Assembly: GCA_949298065.1 (NCBI GenBank)
Contig: CASFUZ010000014.1
Location: 5,395 to 69,394 of the forward strand
Direction of reading: 5' to 3'
From: an uncultured Pseudomonadota bacterium
GTDB lineage: Bacteria > Pseudomonadota > Alphaproteobacteria > RF32 > CAG-239
Length of the DNA stretch: 64,000 nt
In this document: one piece after another, positions 37,139-46,018 of the stretch
Numbering within the stretch: the stretch's first letter is position 1
How the letters are laid out: each line of letters starts with the position of its first letter
Made by a program: the position numbers and the translations under genes
Notes under the pieces: generated by a model
Database searches by the model: none
What the model was told of the DNA's origin: nothing
The model's input: the letters and a program-made list of their open reading frames with translations, nothing else

Positions 37139-37885
37139 GTTGAGCCAAAATTCTATCGTAGACACCACTCTAACTCTTTTATTGATTTGCGAGCTTTCAG
37201 ATTCTCCGGCTATGGCTAAAAGCGGCTGAATAGAAAATACGCCTTGAGAAGCGCGGCGAATTTTGCCAACTTCGCTACCCGAACTTTTCGCAAACTCCAA
37301 AGCGGCCTGACGTGCATTTCTCGTTGCTTCTTCAAGCATTTGAGGTTTAATATCATTAAGACGCGTAAAAATATAAGACACGGGAGAACCATAAGTTTGG
37401 CTGTCAAAAACCACACCTTTGGCAACAAGCTCCCCGCTTGAACGAAGCGTTTGTTCAATCAAATCAACTTTTTCACTACGCAACGTAACTGTCTGGTTTA
37501 AGATATAACGAGCGGCAAAATCCTTATCCCGATAAGGATTCGTCATCAGGTCGTTGGTCTCAATCCGTCCTTCTGAAATTTCGTTTGCATCAAAACCTTT
37601 TTCAATCAGATAATTTTTAATAAGAGAAAGATTGCTTGCCATATTTTTTTGCACGGTCAACAAATCATTACCTGTTGCCACAAATTTGATGTTCCAGATT
37701 CCCAAATCCGCCTTAACATCCATTTCTGCCAGGCCTTTGACCGTAACAAAATTATCTTTAAGCTTGGCCTGATAGTAATAATATCCGGGAAAGAAACCGC
37801 CCAAAGCAATACCCAAAGCAAGAATAACAAAGGCCCAAAGTTTTTTGCCACAACATTTTGAAGTTTCGCAAGCATTTTCAGACAT
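37136..37885 (-). CDS. SIMPL (DUF541) domain protein
   Basis: VTVKGLAE..VKAD, LNDIKPQMLEEATRNAR..A.EFA, GKIRRASQGVF, KRVRVVST. Confidence 0.9.
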   Translation of the reverse strand: MSENACETSKCCGKKLWAFVILALGIALGGFFPGYYYYQAKLKDNFVTVKGLAEMDVKADLGIWNIKFVATGNDLLTVQKNMASNLSLIKNYLIEKGFDANEISEGRIETNDLMTNPYRDKDFAARYILNQTVTLRSEKVDLIEQTLRSSGELVAKGVVFDSQTYGSPVSYIFTRLNDIKPQMLEEATRNARQAALEFAKSSGSEVGKIRRASQGVFSIQPLLAIAGESESSQINKRVRVVSTIEFWLN

Positions 37886-37980
37886 ATCATCACTCCTCAA
37901 AAATCATTTAGAAAAGCATGGTAGCACAAAGCTTAAGCAAGTCAACAATTAGAGAACAGATTTAAATAGGAATAAAATCC

Positions 37981-38009
37981 TTGACAAAGAGATTTTTTTA
38001 TGCTAAAAG
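37981..38009 (+). promoter_or_regulatory. sigma-70-type promoter for the tail-fibre module
   Basis: TTGACA-17 bp-TAAAAG with TG extension. Confidence 0.6.
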
Positions 38010-38040
38010 CAAAATATCACTTACCAGAAGTGTATCTGCC

Positions 38041-38075
38041 AAACAGCTTTGTTACCAAACAAAGCTGTTTTTTTT
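38041..38075 (+). terminator. leader terminator/attenuator hairpin between the promoter and the tail-fibre gene
   Basis: AAACAGCTTTGTT-ACCA-AACAAAGCTGTTT followed by a T-run. Confidence 0.7.
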
Positions 38076-38105
38076 GTTTTAAACAACAACTTGGAGAAAA
38101 AGAAT

Positions 38106-39068
38106 ATGTCTGAAACCTTAGAAATCGGCAGCATCAAACCGCGTATTCGTTATGAAGGAGACGGAAGCACCAAAGAGTTCAACTTTGCTTTTACCATCTT
38201 TGACGAAAGCGACATTGATGTTTATGCAGATGAAATTTTATTATCTGACGGCTACACCGTTCAACAAGAAGAGCAAGGCGGAAAAGTAATTTTCAACACC
38301 GCCCCCGCAAGCGGTATAATCATCACAATTTATCGTAATTTAGAGCTCAAACGCACCACCAATTTTCAGGAGGTCGGACCTTTTCGCACATCAAAAGTCA
38401 ATCTGGAATTTGATTATCAATTAGCCTGTATGGAACAACTGCAAGACTTAATCAGTCGCACCGTGACTTTTCCCCCTTATTCCCCCACGCAACTAAATGT
38501 AACTCTCCCCATGCCTATACCGGGGAAAGCCATTATCTGGAATTCGGAAGGCAACAGTTTACAAAATTCCAGTATAGAAATAGAAGAATTAAGTCATTAC
38601 TATAGTGATATTGTACAAAAAGCAACTGAAGTAGCCACCAACACCGGCAAAACACTAACAGCTAACACACAGGCACAAGAAGCAGCGCAACAGGCAATAC
38701 AAAAGGCACAATTTGTCCAAAACAGACCTGAAACAATATATACCCAACAAAAAACGTTGGAAACAAGCGAAGGAGATATAACCATCTCCATAGAGCCCGG
38801 AATTTTTGAATATGCCGTAACGCCTTCTGGCAACATCAACTTCAGTTTTGATTTTAGTCAATGCAACACCGACATGATAATCAGCTTTTCCTTACTTTTA
38901 AAAGAAACAGCAGCTGATTACACATATTCATACAACTTTGAAGATAACGAGAATTTTCAGTGGCTTGATAATTTACCGGCCATCCCGAGCGGTAGTTATT
39001 TAATGACTTTCCGCCGCTACCCCGATGGGCATATTTTAGGTGTAGCCAATGGAGTAATAGCATCATGA
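38106..39068 (+). CDS. phage tail-fibre protein with a T7 gp17-like N-terminal anchor domain
   Basis: YEGDGSTKEFNFAF..DIDVY, V.FNTAPASG..ITIYR, RTTNFQ..G.FR...N.EFD; Ala/Gln coiled-coil linker; GGAG RBS. Confidence 0.8.
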   Translation: MSETLEIGSIKPRIRYEGDGSTKEFNFAFTIFDESDIDVYADEILLSDGYTVQQEEQGGKVIFNTAPASGIIITIYRNLELKRTTNFQEVGPFRTSKVNLEFDYQLACMEQLQDLISRTVTFPPYSPTQLNVTLPMPIPGKAIIWNSEGNSLQNSSIEIEELSHYYSDIVQKATEVATNTGKTLTANTQAQEAAQQAIQKAQFVQNRPETIYTQQKTLETSEGDITISIEPGIFEYAVTPSGNINFSFDFSQCNTDMIISFSLLLKETAADYTYSYNFEDNENFQWLDNLPAIPSGSYLMTFRRYPDGHILGVANGVIAS

Positions 39069-39715
39069 CAATAATGGGAAAATCAAACACCTTAGGAGGG
39101 AGTGTCTGCGCCTACTTTCCTGGAACAATTCTATTTGACGGAAAAAACGGAGCATCTGCAAATATTTCACTAAAAAAAGGAACATATTACATCCGAGCCC
39201 AAGGTGCCGGAGCCGGCGGCGGTAACAGCGGAGCCTATGGTATCGGCGGCGGTGGCGGTAGTGGTGCTGGATTTGACGGTAATATTTACATAAATAACAA
39301 TCAAGAAAACATAATCTGTTATGCCGGCATTGCCGAACAAGCCAACCGAAAAAATGGTGAAGCCAGCTATATAGGCGATTTAATAACTTTAGGCGGAGGT
39401 TTTGTTGGTGGCTCAGATAATGGCAAAGCAGGATCTGGCGGAACTTTAACCATATCTAACAATATAAACATCATCTCATACGACATTAAATCAAATGGCA
39501 ACCCCGGAAATCCTACAATAAACGGTTCAGCAACAAAAGCCGGTGGAAATTCCGTCATCACCAACACTGGTGGCGGAATATACAAAGGAACTTTCGCAGA
39601 ACGCTGCGCTACTGCTCCGGGAGCAGGAGGTGCTGGAGGCAAACAATGGGATTTAAACGGCGGCTATGGCATGTATGGCGAAGTTAAAATTCAATATCTA
39701 AAACCCAAACCATAA
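39065..39715 (+). CDS. glycine-rich phage tail-associated protein
   Basis: GAGAGGG, GGGGGSGA, GAGGAGG, G.YGEVKI pattern; ATGA overlap with the upstream gene. Confidence 0.7.
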   Translation: MTIMGKSNTLGGSVCAYFPGTILFDGKNGASANISLKKGTYYIRAQGAGAGGGNSGAYGIGGGGGSGAGFDGNIYINNNQENIICYAGIAEQANRKNGEASYIGDLITLGGGFVGGSDNGKAGSGGTLTISNNINIISYDIKSNGNPGNPTINGSATKAGGNSVITNTGGGIYKGTFAERCATAPGAGGAGGKQWDLNGGYGMYGEVKIQYLKPKP

Positions 39716-39730
39716 ATTAAGGAGAAAAAA

Positions 39731-40132
39731 ATGTATGCAAAACTTATCAATGGGATATTAACACCCGCGCCATCAAACTTAAGCAAAAATAATACCTTTT
39801 ACCAAAACTACAATCGGGATACAAATGCCGAAATGCTCTTAACTGATGGCTACAAACCTGTGGAAGAAACGCTCCCCCCAACAGATATGAAACAACCTAG
39901 GAAATACTATGTTGAAAATGAAGACAAAATAATTTCAGTCTATACAGAATCTTACGTTGAACCCGATTATCGTGAAAAACGCGCTTCCGAATATCCTGAT
40001 TTCAGAGAATATTTAGATGCCATGGTTAAAATTAACTCCGGCTCTGAAGAACTAATTGCAGAGGGAAAAACGCAACTACAAAATTACTACGACCTCTGCC
40101 TTGAAGTCAAAGCAAAATACCCCAAAGAATAA
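39731..40132 (+). CDS. phage tail-fibre assembly/chaperone-like small protein
   Basis: MYAKLING.L..AP, GYKPV, YREKRASEYP..EYLDAM, VKAKYPK motifs typical of small tail-adjacent phage proteins. Confidence 0.65.
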   Translation: MYAKLINGILTPAPSNLSKNNTFYQNYNRDTNAEMLLTDGYKPVEETLPPTDMKQPRKYYVENEDKIISVYTESYVEPDYREKRASEYPDFREYLDAMVKINSGSEELIAEGKTQLQNYYDLCLEVKAKYPKE

Positions 40133-40167
40133 CAAAACGGCCGGAGCAAAAACTCCGGCCTGCTTCT

Positions 40168-41130
40168 TTATTGTTCAAGTGCCCAAGTGGTGCGGATAAT
40201 TTCTTCAATATTAGTGTATTTCGGAACCCAACCGAGCATTTCTTTAGCCTTGGCAGAAGAAGCTGTCAGCACAGCAGGATCACCGGAACGCCGTCCGACA
40301 TATTCAACCTTAAGCTTTTTGCCAATCACTTTTTCGGTTGCCGCAATAATCTCTTTGACGGTTGTCCCCTGCCCTGTTCCTAAGTTTAGACTATCAGAAA
40401 CACCTCCCTTGAGCAAATGCTCAATTGCCAAAACATGGGCTTTGGCCAAATCCGTCACATGGATATAATCTCTGACGCAAGTTCCATCACGCGTATCATA
40501 ATCTGTTCCGAAGACGCAAAGCTTTTCTCTGCGCCCCGTTGCCGCATCCATAATAATCGGCAACAAATTTTGTGAGCCGATTTCGCGTCCTCTAATACTT
40601 CCTTCCGCATCATAGCCGACAGCATTAAAATAGCGCAGCGCCATATAATGAAAATCCTTAAGCTTGGCATACCATTCCATATATCTTTCAATATCAAGTT
40701 TGGTGTAGCCGTAAAAATTAATTGGCTTTAAGGGATGCTTTTCATCAATAGGCAAATATTCAGGCATTCCGTAAACTGCGGCAGAAGACGAAAAAACAAT
40801 ATGGCGCACATTGTTCTTAAGCATCGCATTCAAGATATTTAATGAGCCAATCATATTATTTTGCGCATAAAGCGCCGGATTTTCCATAGATTCGCCAACC
40901 GCTTTTTTGGCCGCCAAATGCACCACCGCATCTTGCCCCTTCATAGCATCCGAGAGCTTTTCAAAATCCAAAATATCCCCTTTAATAAACTTGGCTTGCG
41001 AAAATAAGTTTATCTCTCTGCCTGTTGAAAGATTATCATATACGCTAACCTCATAACCGTTTTTTAAAAGAGCCTTAACTACATGGCTTCCGATATAACC
41101 GGCACCGCCGGCAACCAGGACTTTAACCAT
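40168..41130 (-). CDS. galE: UDP-glucose 4-epimerase
   Basis: GGAGYIGSH, KAVGES, SSSAAVYG, YGYTK, LRYFN, DGTCVRDYIHV.DLA. Confidence 0.95.
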   Translation of the reverse strand: MVKVLVAGGAGYIGSHVVKALLKNGYEVSVYDNLSTGREINLFSQAKFIKGDILDFEKLSDAMKGQDAVVHLAAKKAVGESMENPALYAQNNMIGSLNILNAMLKNNVRHIVFSSSAAVYGMPEYLPIDEKHPLKPINFYGYTKLDIERYMEWYAKLKDFHYMALRYFNAVGYDAEGSIRGREIGSQNLLPIIMDAATGRREKLCVFGTDYDTRDGTCVRDYIHVTDLAKAHVLAIEHLLKGGVSDSLNLGTGQGTTVKEIIAATEKVIGKKLKVEYVGRRSGDPAVLTASSAKAKEMLGWVPKYTNIEEIIRTTWALEQ

Positions 41131-41138
41131 TTTTCCTC

Positions 41139-42440
41139 CTATCTCATACCAATGCAGGCGTAATCAAAACCGGCGGCCTTAACTTCGGTTACATTGAGCA
41201 TATTACGCAAATCCAAAATCTTATGCGTTTTCATCTGTCCGCGAACCTTATTTAGATCTGCATTTCTGAACTCTTCCCATTCGGTTAAGATAACCAAAAT
41301 ATCGGCATCTTTGCAGGCTTCGTAAGCATCTTGAGCATATTTAACCTTATCTCCGATAATTTTTTTGGCATTATCCATAGCCTTAGGGTCATAAACCGTA
41401 ACATTAGAAGAATGTTTGATAATTTCAGAAACAATATCCATCGCCGGAGATTCTCTGCAATCATCGGTTCCGCCCTTAAAAGCCAAGCCCCAAACGGCAA
41501 TTTTACCGTTTTTATCTTTGTCTAAAGAATCAATCACCCTTTGCGCCATATTAACCTTGCGCTCATCATTTTTGGCAATGGTTGTCTCAATCAGGTTCAA
41601 ATGCGCACCATACTTACGTCCCATCTGCGCCATAGCATTGGTATCTTTGGGGAAGCAAGAGCCACCATATCCTGGTCCCGGATTCAAAAACTTTTTGCCA
41701 ATTCTGGAATCAAGCCCCATACCTTTGGCAACTTCCCGAATATCCGCACCGGCTTTTTCGCAAAAATCCGCCATTTCGTTAATATAATGAATCTTCATTG
41801 CCAAGAAAGCATTGGAAGCATATTTGATTGTCTCGGAGGACTTGCGGTTAACCAACAAGAACTCGGTTTTACCTTCAAAAGGTGCATACAGCTTGAGCAA
41901 AACATTGCGAGCTTTTTCGTTATTTGCACCGATAACAATACGGTCTGGATGGAAGAAGTCATGCACGGCAAAACCTTCGCGTAAAAATTCCGGCAAAGAA
42001 ACCACATCATAGTCTGCTGTCGGATTAACCTTTTTGATAATGGCTTCCACCTCATCACCTGTTCCGACCGGAACGGTAGATTTAGTTGCTACCACCGTAT
42101 ATCCGTCTAAGTATTGCGCCAATTCTTCCGCCGCAGCATAAATATACTTAAGATCAGCTTCTTTGGTAACCGGATGCGGCGGCGTTCCGACAGCCAACAT
42201 AACCACATCAACTCCGTTCACGGCTTTTGCCATATCGGTTGTAAAAGACAGCGCACCGCTTTTGCGGTGTTTTTGAAACAACTCTTCCATACCATCTTCA
42301 TAAATAGTAGCCTTTCCGGCAGATAGTGAAGCTATCTTTTCCTCAATTTTGTCCACACAAACAACTTCATTACCAAGCTCAGCCAAGCCGATACCTGTCG
42401 GCAAACCGACATATCCGGTTCCAATAATCGCAATTTTCAT
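41139..42440 (-). CDS. ugd: UDP-glucose 6-dehydrogenase
   Basis: GTGYVGL, VGTP, KSTVPVGT, PEFLREG, KYASN, GYGGSCFPKD. Confidence 0.95.
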   Translation of the reverse strand: MKIAIIGTGYVGLPTGIGLAELGNEVVCVDKIEEKIASLSAGKATIYEDGMEELFQKHRKSGALSFTTDMAKAVNGVDVVMLAVGTPPHPVTKEADLKYIYAAAEELAQYLDGYTVVATKSTVPVGTGDEVEAIIKKVNPTADYDVVSLPEFLREGFAVHDFFHPDRIVIGANNEKARNVLLKLYAPFEGKTEFLLVNRKSSETIKYASNAFLAMKIHYINEMADFCEKAGADIREVAKGMGLDSRIGKKFLNPGPGYGGSCFPKDTNAMAQMGRKYGAHLNLIETTIAKNDERKVNMAQRVIDSLDKDKNGKIAVWGLAFKGGTDDCRESPAMDIVSEIIKHSSNVTVYDPKAMDNAKKIIGDKVKYAQDAYEACKDADILVILTEWEEFRNADLNKVRGQMKTHKILDLRNMLNVTEVKAAGFDYACIGMR

Positions 42441-42536
42441 ATCAAGTCCTTACATAAGTCTAAAAAGATGACAGCATTGTAGCAATCAACCTTAGAAAAT
42501 CAACGGAAATATACCGCCTTTCCACCACTAAAAAAA

Positions 42537-44129
42537 TCACAGAAGAGCCTTGCAGATTTTAAGACCGTCAACGGCGGAAGAAACAATACCACCGGCATAG
42601 CCTGCCCCTTCACCGCAAGGATAAAGCCCTTTGATGTTTGCTTCAAAATTTTCATCACGCAAAATGCGGATAGGCGATGAACTTCTGGTCTCCACACCGG
42701 TCAAGACCGCATCATGAGCGGCAAAACCATGGAGCTTTTTATCCATCTCCGCTAAGGCCAACCGCATTGTTTCAAAGACATAAGGCGGCAAAATATCGGC
42801 CAAATTACAAAAGCGCACTCCCGGCGTATAAGAAGGCGTAACTTCTCCTTGCCCTGAAGAGGGCTGATTTTTCAAGAAATCGCCGACCAATTGCGCCGGA
42901 GCTTTGTAGTCTTCTCCACCAAGCCGAAAAGCCGCCTCTTCCAATTTGCGTTGAAAATACATTCCCTGAAGCGGATGCTCTCCGCCAAAATCTTTGGGCT
43001 CAACCCCAACCAACAGTGCGGCATTAGCATTCTCTTTGGCGCGGGCAAATTCGCTCATTCCGTTGGTAACCACGCGTCCTTCCTCGGAAGCAGCAGCCAC
43101 CACCTCGCCCCCAGGACACATACAGAAAGTATAAGCCGAACGCTTATTGGCAAAATGGGTTGCCAACTTATAATCTGCCGCACCCAAGGCTTTGTGGTTC
43201 GCAAACCGCCCATATTGCGCCTGATTAATCATCTGTTGCTTGTGTTCTATTCTGGCACCGACAGAAAAAGGTTTTTGCTCTATTTTTATACCATTGCGGT
43301 ATAACATCTCAAAAGTATCACGCGCGCTATGCCCCACCGCCAAAATCACCTTATCCGTTGCCAAATCATAAACCTCGCCGTTTGCTTGACGAACTTTTAC
43401 ACCGACCAAGACACCGTCTTTAACAATCAAATCTTCCAATCTGTTTTCAAAGCGATATTCTCCGCCGAGCTCCACGATTTTTTTGCGAATATTCTGCACC
43501 ACGATTGCCAAGTTATCCGTACCGATATGGGGCTTTGCCAAATATAATATCTCTTCAGGAGCTCCTGCCAAAACCAGCTCATGCAAAACTTTGGCGGTAA
43601 ATTCGTCTTTCTTAATCCCTGTCATCAACTTGCCGTCAGAAAAAGTCCCTGCCCCGCCTTCACCGAATTGCACATTAGATTCGGTTTTGAGTTGTCCGCA
43701 TTTCCAGAAAAAATCAACATCCTTTTGGCGTTCGGAAAGTTTTTTGCCGCGCTCTAGCAAAATCGGCTTCAGTCCGGCTTCCGCCAGAGCCAAACCCGCA
43801 AACATTCCGGCCGGACCTGTTCCGACCACCACGGGGCGTAAGGCAGAGATTTTATGAGAATGTGTAAAGGAAACAATTTTTTCTTGCTTGATTTGCCAAA
43901 CATCTTTCCAAGCCAAAATGGTAGAAATATAGTCTTCATCACCAAAAACTTCCATATCCAAGGCATAAACAAACTGCACATTACTTTTATTGCGCGCATC
44001 CACCGATTTTTTGGCAATCTTCAGGCTTTTAATCCGCTCCGGCTCAAGCCCTGTCTTCATGGAAACGATTTCCTTCAAACCCTCCATATCAACGTCTAAA
44101 TCAGCTTTAATATTGTTTATCCTAATCAT
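42537..44129 (-). CDS. uncharacterised FAD-dependent oxidoreductase (COG2509-type)
   Basis: VGTGPAG, NVQFGEGGAGTFSDGKL, PHIGTD, TFCMCPGG, ETRSSSP, GEGAGYAGGIVSSAVDG. Confidence 0.9.
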   Translation of the reverse strand: MIRINNIKADLDVDMEGLKEIVSMKTGLEPERIKSLKIAKKSVDARNKSNVQFVYALDMEVFGDEDYISTILAWKDVWQIKQEKIVSFTHSHKISALRPVVVGTGPAGMFAGLALAEAGLKPILLERGKKLSERQKDVDFFWKCGQLKTESNVQFGEGGAGTFSDGKLMTGIKKDEFTAKVLHELVLAGAPEEILYLAKPHIGTDNLAIVVQNIRKKIVELGGEYRFENRLEDLIVKDGVLVGVKVRQANGEVYDLATDKVILAVGHSARDTFEMLYRNGIKIEQKPFSVGARIEHKQQMINQAQYGRFANHKALGAADYKLATHFANKRSAYTFCMCPGGEVVAAASEEGRVVTNGMSEFARAKENANAALLVGVEPKDFGGEHPLQGMYFQRKLEEAAFRLGGEDYKAPAQLVGDFLKNQPSSGQGEVTPSYTPGVRFCNLADILPPYVFETMRLALAEMDKKLHGFAAHDAVLTGVETRSSSPIRILRDENFEANIKGLYPCGEGAGYAGGIVSSAVDGLKICKALL

Positions 44130-44228
44130 TCCTGCGCCTTTTGTGTTTAAATAAAACCTAATTTACTTGCCAATATACACAAATTGCGCTAAAAGTTAAG
44201 TTCAAAAATAACTATTGCGGAAGACAAT

Positions 44229-44891
44229 ATGACCACGGACTTAGAGTTATTTATGCTCTGGAACAACGGCCGAAAGCTTGAAGAGCAAATTATTGAGGAT
44301 ATTCAAAAACAATATGAAATTATCAGCCTCTGCGAAGTGAGCTGGAGCAAAGAACATTTTGCCACCAATCTGGCACGTTTTTATGGCAAAAACTTGCGCA
44401 AAGGCCGCAAAAAAATCAAAGAAAGCGGCACGGGACCTTTTCTGCTGATTGTGGTTGCCGACCATTCCCCGCAATATTACAATGGCAAAAACATAAACCT
44501 CACCACCAGTAAATCTAAATATCGCAAGCTTTTCGGCGGTGGCTATATGGTTCACGCCAGCGACTGCGCCAAAGAAGCTTTTGAAAACTTTTTGTTCCTC
44601 ACCGGAGAAAATCTGGCAGACTTTGCCCAAAACAAAAAAGGCAGTCCAATCGCCTTTGGCGACCCTGTCGGGATTAAACCGTGGCAAGATGAGGCCGAAA
44701 TCAGCCAACTTTTGAGCAAAATCTCGGATTGTCAGATAGACTTTGAACAAGCCCCAATCTGCATAAAGACCGCCGACCCAAATTTTGTGGCACGCTTACT
44801 TAATGCTAAGAAATGTTGGCTTGGCAAAAATCTATATAAAGTCAACCTAAACGAACAAAAACACAAGCTTAAGATTATACCTCTTTCTTAG
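44229..44891 (+). CDS. hypothetical protein with an NDK-like N-terminal domain
   Basis: 220 aa; RFYG..GP.L...YR..VHASD resembles the NDK His motif. Confidence 0.6.
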   Translation: MTTDLELFMLWNNGRKLEEQIIEDIQKQYEIISLCEVSWSKEHFATNLARFYGKNLRKGRKKIKESGTGPFLLIVVADHSPQYYNGKNINLTTSKSKYRKLFGGGYMVHASDCAKEAFENFLFLTGENLADFAQNKKGSPIAFGDPVGIKPWQDEAEISQLLSKISDCQIDFEQAPICIKTADPNFVARLLNAKKCWLGKNLYKVNLNEQKHKLKIIPLS

Positions 44892-45210
44892 ACGAAGGCT
44901 CATCATCATCGTCATCATCTGCGGAAGAAAAGAAAACCCGAAACACCGCCTTGCGATACATCCACAAATTAATCAAGCCCAAAACCACGGACAAAGAACC
45001 GAACAAATAGAGCATATAATACCAGTTCAACTCATTGGCGCTCATCATCACATCTTGCCCCGAGACCCGAATAAAACCGATAGCCACTGCCGTAATGGCA
45101 AAACAAAGCATAAAAGCCAAAGACCAAATACGGTTTAAGACCCGCTTTTGAACCATAAACGCCGTCAGAACATACATCAAAAACATTGCCAAAAACAAAT
45201 ATATTTCCAT
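44875..45210 (-). CDS. small 3-TM membrane protein with an acidic tail
   Basis: AAGGAA RBS, three hydrophobic helices. Confidence 0.75.
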   Translation of the reverse strand: MEIYLFLAMFLMYVLTAFMVQKRVLNRIWSLAFMLCFAITAVAIGFIRVSGQDVMMSANELNWYYMLYLFGSLSVVLGLINLWMYRKAVFRVFFSSADDDDDDEPSSKKEV

Positions 45211-45282
45211 AACTTTTTCCTTTATAAAAATGTACCTGACTTATAAATAATCCATACAAAACCTTTTTCAATTTCCGGCAAC

Positions 45283-45319
45283 AAAAAAGGACTTTGACAT
45301 AAATGTCAAAATCCTTTTT
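45283..45319. terminator. intrinsic terminator
   Basis: AAAAAGGACTTTGACAT-AA-ATGTCAAAATCCTTTTT. Confidence 0.65.
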
Positions 45320-45338
45320 CGTTATTTTTTTGCCGACT

Positions 45339-45572
45339 TTAGAACCATTTACAAATATAAATGATTACTCCGACAATAAAGCCGGCAATAAATCCCATTA
45401 CACCAGCGGAGAAAATAATGCTGGCTATTAACCAACAAATAGCTCCGCCTACAAGACCAAAAATACCTCCCAAAAAGAAGATACCGATGATCTTGCAAAA
45501 AAAATCCATAATAGCACCTCCAAACAATGCGCAAAGCACAAAGATGGAGATAATTCCAATTACAATTTCCAT
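45339..45572 (-). CDS. small Gly-rich hydrophobic membrane protein
   Basis: 77 aa, almost wholly hydrophobic with GxxxG repeats; followed by a terminator. Confidence 0.6.
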   Translation of the reverse strand: MEIVIGIISIFVLCALFGGAIMDFFCKIIGIFFLGGIFGLVGGAICWLIASIIFSAGVMGFIAGFIVGVIIYICKWF

Positions 45573-45731
45573 AACTTTTTATTTTTTTTTATTATTTTTC
45601 TTTTTTTTATTTCTCTCTCAACCGCACAATTATCAACATAATTCTTATTTTTGTACTTTAGATTATAGCACAAAAAACCCCCTTTGACAACAATCCTTGA
45701 GAGCCGGAATTTTTAAACTTTTATGACAAAA

Positions 45732-46018
45732 ACATGAGCACTTTTTCAGCTCACAAAATCTGTATTAGCTGTCCATTATACGAATTTTTGCAAAAGTTTG
45801 GAGAATGAGACAGATAGTAAGAAATAAGGCAAAAGTACCCTGCCGCAAAAGAAAGCCCCCAAATGTGCTTTCTTTAAGGAAAAGCAATGAGACTTTCCTT
45901 TGTTAGAATGCGACAGCTTTCGCAACAAAGGTATAGTCGGAATTGGTACATTGAGGTACGTGAGGACACTTTTGCCCTGAAATTTCTGTACTAGCTGTCC
46001 ATTATACAAACTTTTGTA
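45732..46018. mobile_element. palindromic MITE/RPE-like element with a three-hairpin insert of about 100 nt, plus an adjacent half copy
   Basis: CAAAAGTTTGGAGAATGAGACAG... pairs with ...CTGTCCATTATACAAACTTTTG; the right arm is repeated at about 45759-45792; GTAC-N6-GTACGTGAGGA core. Confidence 0.7.

Noticed and set aside
37943..37957. Alphaproteobacterial LexA box (CAAC-N7-GAAC) before the tail module
   Set aside because: One half-site mismatches and coincides with the likely -35 (TTGACT) of the divergent SIMPL promoter.
38106..40132. Intact prophage
   Set aside because: No integrase, capsid, portal, terminase, lysis genes or att repeats in the flanks.
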